Positions 48,404 to 57,561 of a DNA stretch of 64,000 nucleotides are shown piece after piece. A model generated the notes under the pieces. It saw nothing but the letters and a program-made list of their open reading frames with translations. It searched no databases and was not told the DNA's origin. The stretch spans positions 175,551-239,550 of IMG/VR virus record IMGVR_UViG_3300033183_000491. One strand, given 5' to 3'. The position numbers were made by a program, and so were the translations under genes. Every line of letters begins with the position of its first letter. The first letter of the stretch is position 1.

Positions 48404-48688
48404 ATGGATTATTATGACTTTGCAGAAACAGCTGCTGTAATTGAAAAAGAACTTGGTATTAGAATGCATTTAGATATTGTGTTTAATAATCAGTTATTAA
48501 ATAAATACTTTAACTATTCTTATAATAAAAAAGAAGACATTTTAACTATTAATTTTGAATTAGATGAAGGCAGCGCGACTATGAACATATATGAATTATA
48601 TTCAGAAGAAGTCGATGATTTTGATTATGATTTTAATGATGTTCTTAAGAAACATATAGAGAATCTAGGTAGAACATGGACAGAGTAA
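48404..48688 (+). CDS. Acidic hypothetical protein
   Basis: AAGGA SD. Confidence 0.6.
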   Translation: MDYYDFAETAAVIEKELGIRMHLDIVFNNQLLNKYFNYSYNKKEDILTINFELDEGSATMNIYELYSEEVDDFDYDFNDVLKKHIENLGRTWTE

Positions 48689-48945
48689 TCTTTATGTTTA
48701 AAGAAAAGGTTTATGCAAGAATAGTTACAGATTTTCAAGATCAAAACATCGACATTGATCAAACAAATGAATATACTATGTATGAACTTCACAGGTCAAT
48801 GAAAGATCTTAAAAAATACTCGGAAGTTTTTATTAACCCTAGCAATCCAAAACAACTGATAGCGACATCAAAAGGACGTCTTCTTTCAATAGAAATCTTG
48901 TCAGAAATAACTTGGTTTGATTTAGATTATTATTATGGACAATAA
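48676..48945 (+). CDS. Hypothetical protein
   Basis: Packed ORF; start uncertain. Confidence 0.55.
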   Translation: MDRVIFMFKEKVYARIVTDFQDQNIDIDQTNEYTMYELHRSMKDLKKYSEVFINPSNPKQLIATSKGRLLSIEILSEITWFDLDYYYGQ

Positions 48946-49048
48946 ATGAACTGTTATTATGATTATTTTATTAATGCTTGTGTCTGTGAACAGCAAGTAG
49001 AAAATATTCCCCTTTCAGAATTATTTCTTTTTGTTATTGAGATTTTTA

Positions 49049-49345
49049 ATGTATAAACTTATATTGTTTCTTTCTATGACGTTTTTTTTGTTTTATGGCT
49101 GCACTGATGCTGAACTCACAAAGTTTACAACATTAGGTCAAAAAGCAGAAATTATTTGTCGAAGTGGTGGTATAATATCTTTTCATGGTATCTCAACTGG
49201 TAAAGTATTAAATGAAAAAAACAGCGATGGATATTATGCTAAATGGGAAATAATCCAAGCCCCAGATTACAAACATTCAAAAGCTGGAGATTTTAGAACA
49301 GCAACACTTTCAAGTGATTGTAATATTATTTATATCGAAGACTAA
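49049..49345 (+). CDS. Putative lipoprotein
   Basis: Leader ending FFLFYGC; CTDA..K...LG..A.I.C.SGG pattern. Confidence 0.65.
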   Translation: MYKLILFLSMTFFLFYGCTDAELTKFTTLGQKAEIICRSGGIISFHGISTGKVLNEKNSDGYYAKWEIIQAPDYKHSKAGDFRTATLSSDCNIIYIED

Positions 49346-49369
49346 AACATGAAAACGGGAGTAATTTAA

Positions 49370-49738
49370 TTGACTATTAAGAACATTCTTTTTATCCTTA
49401 CTGTAATATTAATTGGTTGTGAAGCAGAACAAAAAAGTATTAGTAACGTTGATTTCTTGTTAGATTCTGGTTATCAAAACCTAGAATGCAAATTAAAATA
49501 CAATATCGAAGATAATACATACGAATCTTTAGCAGAAGTAATCCCAAAATCTAATAAACTTGAAATGCTTTTAGCAAGATGTATAAATGATAAATGCGAT
49601 TATTTTTCATTAGAATCAAAAATAATGCCTGCAAAGATTTTATGTCAAAAGTTCTATTCGAACAATAAAACTGAATATGATTTTAATCAAATTGTTCTTA
49701 CTTATAACACTGAATATTTTAAAGATATTAAAGAATAA
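49370..49738 (+). CDS. Putative lipoprotein
   Basis: Leader ending VILIGC; GGGAG SD. Confidence 0.6.
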   Translation: MTIKNILFILTVILIGCEAEQKSISNVDFLLDSGYQNLECKLKYNIEDNTYESLAEVIPKSNKLEMLLARCINDKCDYFSLESKIMPAKILCQKFYSNNKTEYDFNQIVLTYNTEYFKDIKE

Positions 49739-49812
49739 TTTGTGTAAATATAAGTTTTATAAGTTATAATAATATATAATAAATACTTTCTTAAAATTTA
49801 AAGGAGAATATA

Positions 49813-50004
49813 ATGAATATTCCATATATTAGCTTAATGCTTCTTTATCTAATTCCAATTAGTGCAATGCTCGTAATTAATTCTTCGAAAGATATTAAAG
49901 ATATCTCTAAGAGAGTTAAAGAGGGAGATTACCTTGTAATTGTAGAAAAATGTGCTGCTCCTATTTTGTCATTAGGAATTATGTCTTCTTTTTATCTATA
50001 TTAA
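49813..50004 (+). CDS. Small membrane protein
   Basis: Promoter 49742, AAGGAG SD. Confidence 0.6.
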   Translation: MNIPYISLMLLYLIPISAMLVINSSKDIKDISKRVKEGDYLVIVEKCAAPILSLGIMSSFYLY

Positions 50005-50008
50005 AACT

Positions 50009-50296
50009 ATGATGAAAAATATTATTGATTATGATCTTGGAGATATTTCTATAAAGAAAGTTTCAAATGGATGGATCTTACTGGAAGGTTCTCCCCTTGA
50101 AGAAGGAAAAGTTATTTTTTCTGCATATGAATCTAAAGAAGCTTATGAGATTAATAAATCTGACTCCACTGAAGATGCTAAATCTCTTAAAAGGCTTCTA
50201 GAAGATGTCTTTTCAGGGTATTTAAGATCTAAACATTACGGTGGTCTAGAAATCAAATTCCATGAAAGTGGATATGAAATCGAAGATCAAGAATAA
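50009..50296 (+). CDS. Hypothetical protein
   Basis: ISIKKVSNGWIL motif. Confidence 0.6.
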   Translation: MMKNIIDYDLGDISIKKVSNGWILLEGSPLEEGKVIFSAYESKEAYEINKSDSTEDAKSLKRLLEDVFSGYLRSKHYGGLEIKFHESGYEIEDQE

Positions 50297-50397
50297 AAAT
50301 TCAAAAGATTAATAAAAATTAATTTGTGTAAATTTAAACCAATTAGGTTATAATAAACCATAAGGTAAATATTAAAAAACATTTTATAGGATAAATA

Positions 50398-50559
50398 ATG
50401 ACTACGCACATTTCATTGTTTCAATTTGGATGCGAAATTTTTGGTTACGATAATGCTATGAAAATGAACTCTAATAAATTAAGATCATATTATGATGATT
50501 GGAAAACTACAACATATTCTATTAAACAATACAAAGCTCTACTAAACACGAGAGGATAA
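50398..50559 (+). CDS. 53-aa hypothetical protein
   Basis: Promoter 50326, AGGA SD. Confidence 0.5.
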   Translation: MTTHISLFQFGCEIFGYDNAMKMNSNKLRSYYDDWKTTTYSIKQYKALLNTRG

Positions 50560-50564
50560 TTAAA

Positions 50565-50951
50565 ATGTCTAATTTTCAAACTTATATTTATGATTACCTA
50601 AATGAGAAGCTAGGAAGCGACAACGGCACTTCTGAAAAATGGTGGAGTTGGAAGCATGGTATTTTATACCCTAACACTAAAAATATTGATATTGATTTAG
50701 AAAAAAACTTGCTTAATAACAATGTAGTTGTTGGGTTTAATTTTGATACTACACTTTGCAATCAAAAAGATATATCAAGGTTTTTAAAGTCACTAAATGT
50801 AAACTATAAAGACGATACTGATAGTAGGAATAAAAATAATAACTTGAGACTAAAAGTTTGTTTTTCAAATGAAAATACTGATGTTAATCGATTTATATTT
50901 AAATCGATCATGAGGTATTCTTTTATTAATAAAAACATTAGTATTAACTGA
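50565..50951 (+). CDS. Hypothetical protein
   Basis: GAGGA SD. Confidence 0.6.
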   Translation: MSNFQTYIYDYLNEKLGSDNGTSEKWWSWKHGILYPNTKNIDIDLEKNLLNNNVVVGFNFDTTLCNQKDISRFLKSLNVNYKDDTDSRNKNNNLRLKVCFSNENTDVNRFIFKSIMRYSFINKNISIN

Positions 50952-50954
50952 TCT

Positions 50955-51263
50955 ATGAAAGAAGAGCATTTGTTATTATTTTCTAAATATAAAAGTGAAT
51001 ATTCAAATCAATTATCGAAAATACTCTTAGCTGATGAAGATGATCTTTTTTTCTTAGATAAAAAAATAGACTCAGACTTATATAAAAGGTTTATTAAAAC
51101 ATCAACAAGTTCAGGAAGTTTATCTTTTAAAATTGAGAAAAGTAATTATAAAATAAAACTAATGTCTATATTTGGGATACCTTATTTACTTGACGAAAAC
51201 AATGGTTGCAATCATATTGTAATCAAAAAATTTGATCTATCAAGAGTTCCTAATAATCTCTGA
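50955..51263 (+). CDS. Hypothetical protein
   Basis: Packed ORF. Confidence 0.55.
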   Translation: MKEEHLLLFSKYKSEYSNQLSKILLADEDDLFFLDKKIDSDLYKRFIKTSTSSGSLSFKIEKSNYKIKLMSIFGIPYLLDENNGCNHIVIKKFDLSRVPNNL

Positions 51264-51366
51264 TAGATTTAGAATCAATATTTCTATATTGACTTTTACT
51301 TAGTTCTATTATTATATAATGGTTCTAAGTTACCCAAACTATTTTATCTATTTGAAAGGACATACA

Positions 51367-51762
51367 ATGGGAAACATGATGTTTGACACTAACCGCTTTA
51401 TCGAGAACACTTCAGTCAATCAAATGAAAAACGGAACAATTCAGTTTATGGATACATATAATCCAGGAGTATATTATACAGCACATAGGAATGGAACAGT
51501 AAACCGAGTTATTAAGACAAACGAAACAGTTATCACACACGATGGAACTAATACAACTCAACAAAATGTAAGAATGAAGACTGAGTATAATCGAATTAAC
51601 TATCGCCCTTCTAGTAATAGAAACGATTTTGTTCGTCTATATCGACTTTCAGATCAACTAGGAAGAATCCAAGAAGTTGCTGCATATTATCAACCAAGAA
51701 ATAATAAAACAATGAATGTTTCAAAATCTGATTCACAAACTATTATTACAACTCCTCGTTAA
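51367..51762 (+). CDS. Hypothetical protein, paralog of 38818..39147
   Basis: QMKNGTIQF...YYTAHRNGTVNR; start revised to ATG after AAGGA. Confidence 0.65.
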   Translation: MGNMMFDTNRFIENTSVNQMKNGTIQFMDTYNPGVYYTAHRNGTVNRVIKTNETVITHDGTNTTQQNVRMKTEYNRINYRPSSNRNDFVRLYRLSDQLGRIQEVAAYYQPRNNKTMNVSKSDSQTIITTPR

Positions 51763-51844
51763 TTTTGTTTAACATCTAATACATAAATAATATAATACAT
51801 AATGAACTTCTTTTGATAAACATATATTTTAAGAAGTTCACTAT

Positions 51845-51917
51845 GGGCCTTTGTTGTAATGGTTAGCATCGCACTCTCATAAAGTGTTTGGTCTGGGTTC
51901 AAGTCCCAGGGGGCCTA
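51845..51917 (+). tRNA. tRNA with CAT anticodon (Ile2 or Met)
   Basis: Anticodon arm GCACT-CTCATAA-AGTGT, T arm CTGGG-TTCAAGT-CCCAG; acceptor has several G:U pairs; no CCA. Confidence 0.75.
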
Positions 51918-52226
51918 CTAGTTTATTTTTTTGCCGCTAAAACTTTTGTCTTTAGTCTTAGAGAAAATATATCCTCCTCTTTCATAATCACGATTATTAC
52001 TCTTGTCTGAGATTAATTCTTCAACGCTTTCAGGGAGTTCTCCGTAACTATGATCATATTCTATGATATCAATATTTAATTCTGGGAAAATTTCTCCTGA
52101 TGTATTTAAAGAATGAATATTTTGAAAGGCGTCTTTTGTAAGTTGACTTTGATACTTTTCATTGATGAAGTTATTATTCCATTCTGTTAATAACTCTTTA
52201 AACTCTCTTCTATTTAATTTGCCCAT
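51918..52226 (-). CDS. Hypothetical protein (lone minus-strand gene in the right arm)
   Basis: FKELLTEWNNNFINE N-terminal motif like left-arm proteins; AAGG SD. Confidence 0.55.
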   Translation of the reverse strand: MGKLNRREFKELLTEWNNNFINEKYQSQLTKDAFQNIHSLNTSGEIFPELNIDIIEYDHSYGELPESVEELISDKSNNRDYERGGYIFSKTKDKSFSGKKIN

Positions 52227-52303
52227 TGAATAAACCTTTTAATTTTTTATGTGTAAATTAATTATTAACTTATTATAATAATAAAAAAAAGTTAGGATAT
52301 AAA

Positions 52304-53599
52304 TTGTCAAATAAAAAAAACGATTATAGAATTAAAAACATTGATCTAGCAAATTGGGGTCTTAAAGAAGTTAAGATTGCTGAAAAAGATATGCCAGGCC
52401 TTATGTCATTAAGAGAAAAATATTCTGGAACAAAACCTTTAACTGGAGCTAGAATATCTGGATGTTTGCATATGACAATTCAGACAGCAGTTTTAATTGA
52501 TACTTTAGTTGAACTTGGTGCTGATGTGAGATGGATGACATGTAATATTTATAGCACTCAAGATCATGCAGCTGCTTATATTGCGAACAAGGGAATTCCT
52601 GTTTTTGCATGGAAAGGAATGTCTGAGTCTGAATATGATGAATGTTTAAATGATGTTATTTGGTTTGGAGACCAAGGACCAAATATGATCTTAGATGACG
52701 GTGGAGACTTAACTAAATTTATTATTGAAGAACACCCTGAATTAATAAATGAGATTAGAGGAATCTCTGAAGAAACAACAACTGGAGTTCTTAGACTTAG
52801 AGAATATGAACAACAAGGAAAACTTCCAGTTCCAGCAATTAACGTCAATGATTCTGTAACAAAATCAAAATTTGATAACAAATATGGATGTAAAGAAAGT
52901 TGCGTTGATGCTATTAGAAGAGCAACTGATACTATGATGGCTGGTAAAGTTGCAGTTGTTGCAGGATATGGTGATGTTGGTAAAGGATCAGCAGCCTCTT
53001 TAGCATCTTCAGGATGTAGAGTTATTGTGACAGAAATCGATCCTATTTGTGCTCTTCAAGCTGTTATGGATGGATTTAAAGTAACTACAATGGAAGAAGC
53101 TGTTAAAGATGCAGATATTATTGTTACAGCAACAGGAAACTTTAATGTAGTTAATGAAAAACATTTTAAACTAATGAAAGATAATTCTATTGTCTGTAAT
53201 ATTGGTCACTTTGACAATGAGATTGATGTTAAATGGTTAACGAAAAACACTGAAGAAGTTAATATAAAACCTCAGGTAGACATGTATAACTTTGATAATA
53301 AGTCAATTATTCTTCTTGCTAAAGGAAGATTAGTTAATCTAGGTTGTGCAACAGGTCATCCAAGTTTTGTAATGTCTGCATCTTTTACAAATCAGGTTCT
53401 TGCTCAAATTGAATTATGGTCTAAATCGTCTTTCTATGAGAATAAAGTTTATGTTCTTCCAAAAATTCTTGATGAAGAAGTTGCAAGACTTCACTTAGAA
53501 AAAGTTGGAGCAAAGTTAGAATCATTAGACAAAAACCAAGCTAAATATATTAATGTTAATGTTGAAGGTCCTTTTAAAACAGAAGATTATAGGTATTAA
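52304..53599 (+). CDS. ahcY: Adenosylhomocysteinase (SAH hydrolase)
   Basis: [86 protein letters not shown]-terminal YRY. Confidence 0.97.
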   Translation: MSNKKNDYRIKNIDLANWGLKEVKIAEKDMPGLMSLREKYSGTKPLTGARISGCLHMTIQTAVLIDTLVELGADVRWMTCNIYSTQDHAAAYIANKGIPVFAWKGMSESEYDECLNDVIWFGDQGPNMILDDGGDLTKFIIEEHPELINEIRGISEETTTGVLRLREYEQQGKLPVPAINVNDSVTKSKFDNKYGCKESCVDAIRRATDTMMAGKVAVVAGYGDVGKGSAASLASSGCRVIVTEIDPICALQAVMDGFKVTTMEEAVKDADIIVTATGNFNVVNEKHFKLMKDNSIVCNIGHFDNEIDVKWLTKNTEEVNIKPQVDMYNFDNKSIILLAKGRLVNLGCATGHPSFVMSASFTNQVLAQIELWSKSSFYENKVYVLPKILDEEVARLHLEKVGAKLESLDKNQAKYINVNVEGPFKTEDYRY

Positions 53600-53989
53600 A
53601 TGAGATTTATAATAGACGAAGTTATTTCTGAAAATTATTCTCCACGAAAAATTAAAGAAATGAAAAGTAATCTTGTAGATATTTTTACAGAAATCCACAA
53701 GATAAAAGATTGGAAATGGGAAATTTCTGAAGAAACAATGCAAATATGTATTAGAACAGGAAGATCTTATCAAGATAACTCTCAAGATACTGACCCTACT
53801 ATATGGATTGCATTAATCTGGGCAAATAAAAAAGGGTCAACTAGGTCACCAGAATGTGACAGAGAAATATTTATTTCTAAAGCAACAGCAAATAAATCTT
53901 CTGATTTACAAAATGTATATACATATCATTCGTACTCAGATCTTATCCAAAAATACAATTCAGGTAATTTAAAAAATATTATAAAATAA
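53600..53989 (+). CDS. Hypothetical protein
   Basis: Starts immediately after the ahcY stop. Confidence 0.6.
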   Translation: MRFIIDEVISENYSPRKIKEMKSNLVDIFTEIHKIKDWKWEISEETMQICIRTGRSYQDNSQDTDPTIWIALIWANKKGSTRSPECDREIFISKATANKSSDLQNVYTYHSYSDLIQKYNSGNLKNIIK

Positions 53990-54083
53990 TTTTATACATT
54001 CCTCATTTCGATTATATAATAAAAACATAATTCCTAATGAGGAATATTTAAACAATCTTTTAAATTTAAGAATATAACAATAT

Positions 54084-54156
54084 GCTGGTGTAGCTCAGTT
54101 GGTAGAGCTGGCGATTTGTAATCGTCAGGTCGGGGGTTCGAGTCCCTCCTCCAGCA
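54084..54156 (+). tRNA. tRNA-Thr(TGT)
   Basis: Cloverleaf; loop TTTGTAA; TTCGAGT; no CCA. Confidence 0.9.
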
Positions 54157-54203
54157 CTCCCGTAATTTAACAATTACACACAGACACAGAAAGAAGTTTT
54201 ATT

Positions 54204-54407
54204 ATAGGTGATTCAAACAAAAATGGTTATGAGATTCGTGAAAGCTTACTTGGTATGGCAGTTGGAATTCTTCAAGAAAAAAATAACACATTAAGAGAAA
54301 ATGAATATCTAAAGCCTGAAGGTCAGAGAGACGAAATTCAACCTTATACTGTCGATGAAGTTCTTAAGACTGCAGAAACTCTTTATCAGTTTGTTTCGAA
54401 AAAGTAA
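54204..54407 (+). CDS. Small phage protein with apparent ATA start
   Basis: (I)GDSNKNGYEIRESLLGMA...EVLKTAETLYQFVSKK; no in-frame ATG/GTG/TTG before the conserved-looking NGYEIR. Confidence 0.55.
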   Translation: MGDSNKNGYEIRESLLGMAVGILQEKNNTLRENEYLKPEGQRDEIQPYTVDEVLKTAETLYQFVSKK

Positions 54408-54457
54408 TATTAATTAATACTATAATATGAGCATTCATTGTTCATATTATATAATAG

Positions 54458-54529
54458 GCACTAATAGCTCAGTGGTAGAGCAAGCGGCTGTTAACCGCTC
54501 GGTCCTAGGTTCAAATCCTAGTTGGTGCG
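54458..54529 (+). tRNA. tRNA-Asn(GTT)
   Basis: GCACTAA/TTGGTGC; loop CTGTTAA; no CCA. Confidence 0.92.
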
Positions 54530-54532
54530 TAA

Positions 54533-54614
54533 GCCATCATGGCGGAATAGGTAGACGCAGGAGACTTAAAATCTCCCGCCTTAGGGCGTGCCGGTTCGAT
54601 CCCGGCTGATGGTA
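54533..54614 (+). tRNA. tRNA-Leu(TAA)
   Basis: GCCATCA/TGATGGT; loop CTTAAAA; long variable arm; no CCA. Confidence 0.92.
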
Positions 54615-54617
54615 TTT

Positions 54618-54690
54618 GGATTGTTAGCTCAGTTGGTAGAGCACCGGACTCTTAATCCGTCGGTCCTGGGTTCGAGCCCCAGACAATCCA
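54618..54690 (+). tRNA. tRNA-Lys(CTT)
   Basis: GGATTGT/ACAATCC; loop CTCTTAA; discriminator A then TTC (no CCA). Confidence 0.92.
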
Positions 54691-54694
54691 TTCA

Positions 54695-54766
54695 GCACTC
54701 GTAGCTCAGCGGAAGAGCAGTGGCCTTCTAAGCCATTGGTCGTAAGTTCAAATCTTACCGAGTGTA
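54695..54766 (+). tRNA. tRNA-Arg(TCT)
   Basis: GCACTCG/CGAGTGT; loop CTTCTAA; no CCA. Confidence 0.92.
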
Positions 54767-54799
54767 CTTTTAAATTAATTCAAAAGACAAGACTTTAAC

Positions 54800-55012
54800 A
54801 TGAATAATTTTAAAAAAGTAAAAAAATATAATCTTGTTAAAATAGTAGGTAGAAATTTTCTTCCTTTTAAAGAAAAACCTTATTATTTAGTTTTAGAAAA
54901 AAAAGAGTACGATTCTATGTATAATTTTTTATTATTTTCATGCGAAGGTAAAAAATTGTGGATTAAATTTGAAAAGAAAAATCCTTTTGGTGGAATTGAT
55001 ATTTTATCTTAA
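54800..55012 (+). CDS. Small hypothetical protein (SH3-like)
   Basis: 70 aa ORF after tRNAs. Confidence 0.5.
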   Translation: MNNFKKVKKYNLVKIVGRNFLPFKEKPYYLVLEKKEYDSMYNFLLFSCEGKKLWIKFEKKNPFGGIDILS

Positions 55013-55149
55013 AAAAAGAAAGATTAATTATGAATCACCTTACTTCATACTTTAATAAGATAAAATCAAATTAAGATTTAAAATGTGTAAATTAAAAGTT
55101 TATTAATTATTATAACTTATAATAAATAACATTAATTTAAAGGTATAAA

Positions 55150-55518
55150 ATGAAACTTCCAAATAGTGCTTTAGAATTAGCAATGTCACAAGCAATGAAA
55201 TCTCCTATGCAACATATGCATGGTGCAGTTATTTGGAAAAAAGGAAAAATCATTGGAGCAGGATACAATTATCATTTAAGTGCACCAAGTCCTAATAATA
55301 GACAAGTTTCAATTCATTCAGAGAAAGATTGCTTAAATGGTCTAAGGGGAGATCAGATTTATGGAGCTGATATGTTAGCTGTTAGGGTAACAAAATCTGG
55401 ACACTTATCATCTGGTGCACCTTGTAAAGGATGTAGAAAACTTTTAAGAAGAAAAGGAATAAGAAAAGTTTTTTGGTTTGATGATGATGGAGAATTATCT
55501 TATACAAGACTTAATTAA
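55150..55518 (+). CDS. Zn-dependent cytidine/dCMP-deaminase-fold protein
   Basis: HGAVIWKKGKIIGAGYN, SIHSE, APCKGC. Confidence 0.82.
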   Translation: MKLPNSALELAMSQAMKSPMQHMHGAVIWKKGKIIGAGYNYHLSAPSPNNRQVSIHSEKDCLNGLRGDQIYGADMLAVRVTKSGHLSSGAPCKGCRKLLRRKGIRKVFWFDDDGELSYTRLN

Positions 55519-55572
55519 AATATACCTTGAAATAAACATTAAAATAACTCTGTTATCATTTAAGGCAGAAAC

Positions 55573-56532
55573 ATGAATAAACACATTAATAGAATAAAAC
55601 TTCCCTCTCAAATGCAAACTGTGATCAATGATATATTAACTTATACTAACACTAATATTTTCTTAGAAGATCAAGATTCATGGATAGCAGGAGGATTTGC
55701 TAGAATAATTAGTAATTGTTTAAATAAGAAGGCAGAGGAATCTTTTATAGATATTTGTCATTATTTTGATGAATTCGGTGATATAGATATTTTTTCAAAT
55801 AGTATTCAAAAAATTAATCATATTTCAAGTGAAGTAAAAGATAGAATAGAATTAGAACATAAATCTTTTGGAAACAAATTTAATTATTTGATGATGAATA
55901 ATATTTCTTCTAATTACTATAATTTACCTTATACTTTTAATTACGAAAATTCTTTAGCTGACTATGTAAGAGATAAAAAATTATCTGCAGTTGAAAGTAC
56001 TCATATAAACTCAAGTACGATTAAAACTCAAATTGTAGAGAAATTTATCTTTAAAGACATTAAAGAATGTTTTGATAACTTCGATATGTCTAATTCAAAA
56101 TTAGCAATTAAACTCGAGAATAAAGACTATTATTTATATTATACTGAAGATGCAGAATTCTATAACAGGAAAAATATCATAAATTTTGAAAGAGTTTCTT
56201 CACCTTACTTACCTTCTAGGCTTTGGAAATATAGCAAAAAATATGGATTCAATGTTGTTAATGACGAAAAGTTTAGATTGATTATTAAAGATTATCTTTA
56301 TAAATCTTTATCACATAACTGGCCAGATGTTTTTAATGATAAATATTGTCAAGAAGAAATGGTTAAAAGGCTTCATCGAATTACAAGACTAGAAGATCAA
56401 GATTTATGTCTTTTCTTAGGAATGTTTCAAACTGATATTATTGAAAGGCAAAAAGGACCATATGGTTTTTATACAACAGTTATAGGGTCTGAAGACTGGG
56501 CTTCAAGTGAAATCAAAGAAAGAAAACCTTAA
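55573..56532 (+). CDS. Nucleotidyltransferase (poly(A) polymerase/CCA-adding head-like)
   Basis: WIAGGFAR...GDIDIF. Confidence 0.65.
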   Translation: MNKHINRIKLPSQMQTVINDILTYTNTNIFLEDQDSWIAGGFARIISNCLNKKAEESFIDICHYFDEFGDIDIFSNSIQKINHISSEVKDRIELEHKSFGNKFNYLMMNNISSNYYNLPYTFNYENSLADYVRDKKLSAVESTHINSSTIKTQIVEKFIFKDIKECFDNFDMSNSKLAIKLENKDYYLYYTEDAEFYNRKNIINFERVSSPYLPSRLWKYSKKYGFNVVNDEKFRLIIKDYLYKSLSHNWPDVFNDKYCQEEMVKRLHRITRLEDQDLCLFLGMFQTDIIERQKGPYGFYTTVIGSEDWASSEIKERKP

Positions 56533-56746
56533 AGAATCAGATTTAATTTATTGGTATGATATCTGGAAATCTAAAGTAGAATTAGGTGTCATTACAAAAA
56601 AGAAATTTGATTACTTAGAAGTATTAAGCAATAATTCTTTACAAGTATTAAAAATAAAATATGACAATGTAGAAAAAGCATCTTGTTGCTTATCAGAGGA
56701 AGATTTTAAACTTCGCCATTTTTTAAGAAAGTTTTATAATGAGTAA
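56507..56746 (+). CDS. Small hypothetical protein
   Basis: Overlapping packed ORF. Confidence 0.5.
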   Translation: MKSKKENLKESDLIYWYDIWKSKVELGVITKKKFDYLEVLSNNSLQVLKIKYDNVEKASCCLSEEDFKLRHFLRKFYNE

Positions 56747-56936
56747 AAAATCTAAAGAAAAAGAAAAAGTCAAATTACTCAAGTGTCCTTATTGCAAAAA
56801 GATGAAGGTATCATTTCATTTTCATATATGCAAATTAACAATGCAAGAATATTACGGATGTTCAGAATGTGACAACTGGTGCACAAAATGTTCAACAGAT
56901 TGGAAAGATGGAAAACCAGTACCTAAAAAAGAATAA
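56739..56936 (+). CDS. Zn-ribbon protein
   Basis: CPYC...HIC...CSEC..WCTKC. Confidence 0.6.
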   Translation: MSKKSKEKEKVKLLKCPYCKKMKVSFHFHICKLTMQEYYGCSECDNWCTKCSTDWKDGKPVPKKE

Positions 56937-57114
56937 ACTTTACATATGGGATGATGAAAATGGAGAATCAAAAGTAATACTTCTCTTAGAGAATGTTGAC
57001 AAAACAAAATTTTCATGTATGTATAGTAATGTTAAAATATTAATTGATGATTATATAAAGACAGTTTGCTTATATGATCTTTATGAAACAAAAGGATTAA
57101 ATTATAATGTATAG
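56869..57114 (+). CDS. Small hypothetical protein
   Basis: Start uncertain. Confidence 0.45.
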   Translation: MTTGAQNVQQIGKMENQYLKKNKLYIWDDENGESKVILLLENVDKTKFSCMYSNVKILIDDYIKTVCLYDLYETKGLNYNV

Positions 57115-57520
57115 TGTAGTTGCTGGGATTGTTCATCCTCCGTTAGGAAAAGAATTAAATTTTGAATCTTATGAATTTTTTGATATTTCCGAGTCTGAGT
57201 CTGGAACTCATATTTTTAGTAATCTAATGAAAGAAGTATTAGACAACAATAAGCCAAATAATATTGTTCAAATTTTTGAAGATTTCTTTAAATCTAGAGC
57301 AATCGAATTAAATGATATAAATAAACATTATCAAAATATATTAAATGCATTCATCGAATATCATAAATGGTATTCAGGAAATAAATCATCAGCAGTAAAT
57401 TTTTATTTAGTTAAAAGAGACTTAAATGAAAATAAAGTAGTAGATGTAATTAAAACTTGGAAAGTCTATCGTGAAACAAAAACATATTATAAATCTAGAA
57501 ATAAAAAGAAAAAAGTGTAA
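57107..57520 (+). CDS. Hypothetical protein
   Basis: Packed ORF. Confidence 0.55.
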   Translation: MYSVVAGIVHPPLGKELNFESYEFFDISESESGTHIFSNLMKEVLDNNKPNNIVQIFEDFFKSRAIELNDINKHYQNILNAFIEYHKWYSGNKSSAVNFYLVKRDLNENKVVDVIKTWKVYRETKTYYKSRNKKKKV

Positions 57521-57561
57521 TTTTTTATTATTGAATTTATAATATCTAAAAAGGAGATTTA

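Noticed and set aside
54427-54609. 60-aa ORF
   Set aside because: Overlaps tRNA-Asn and tRNA-Leu
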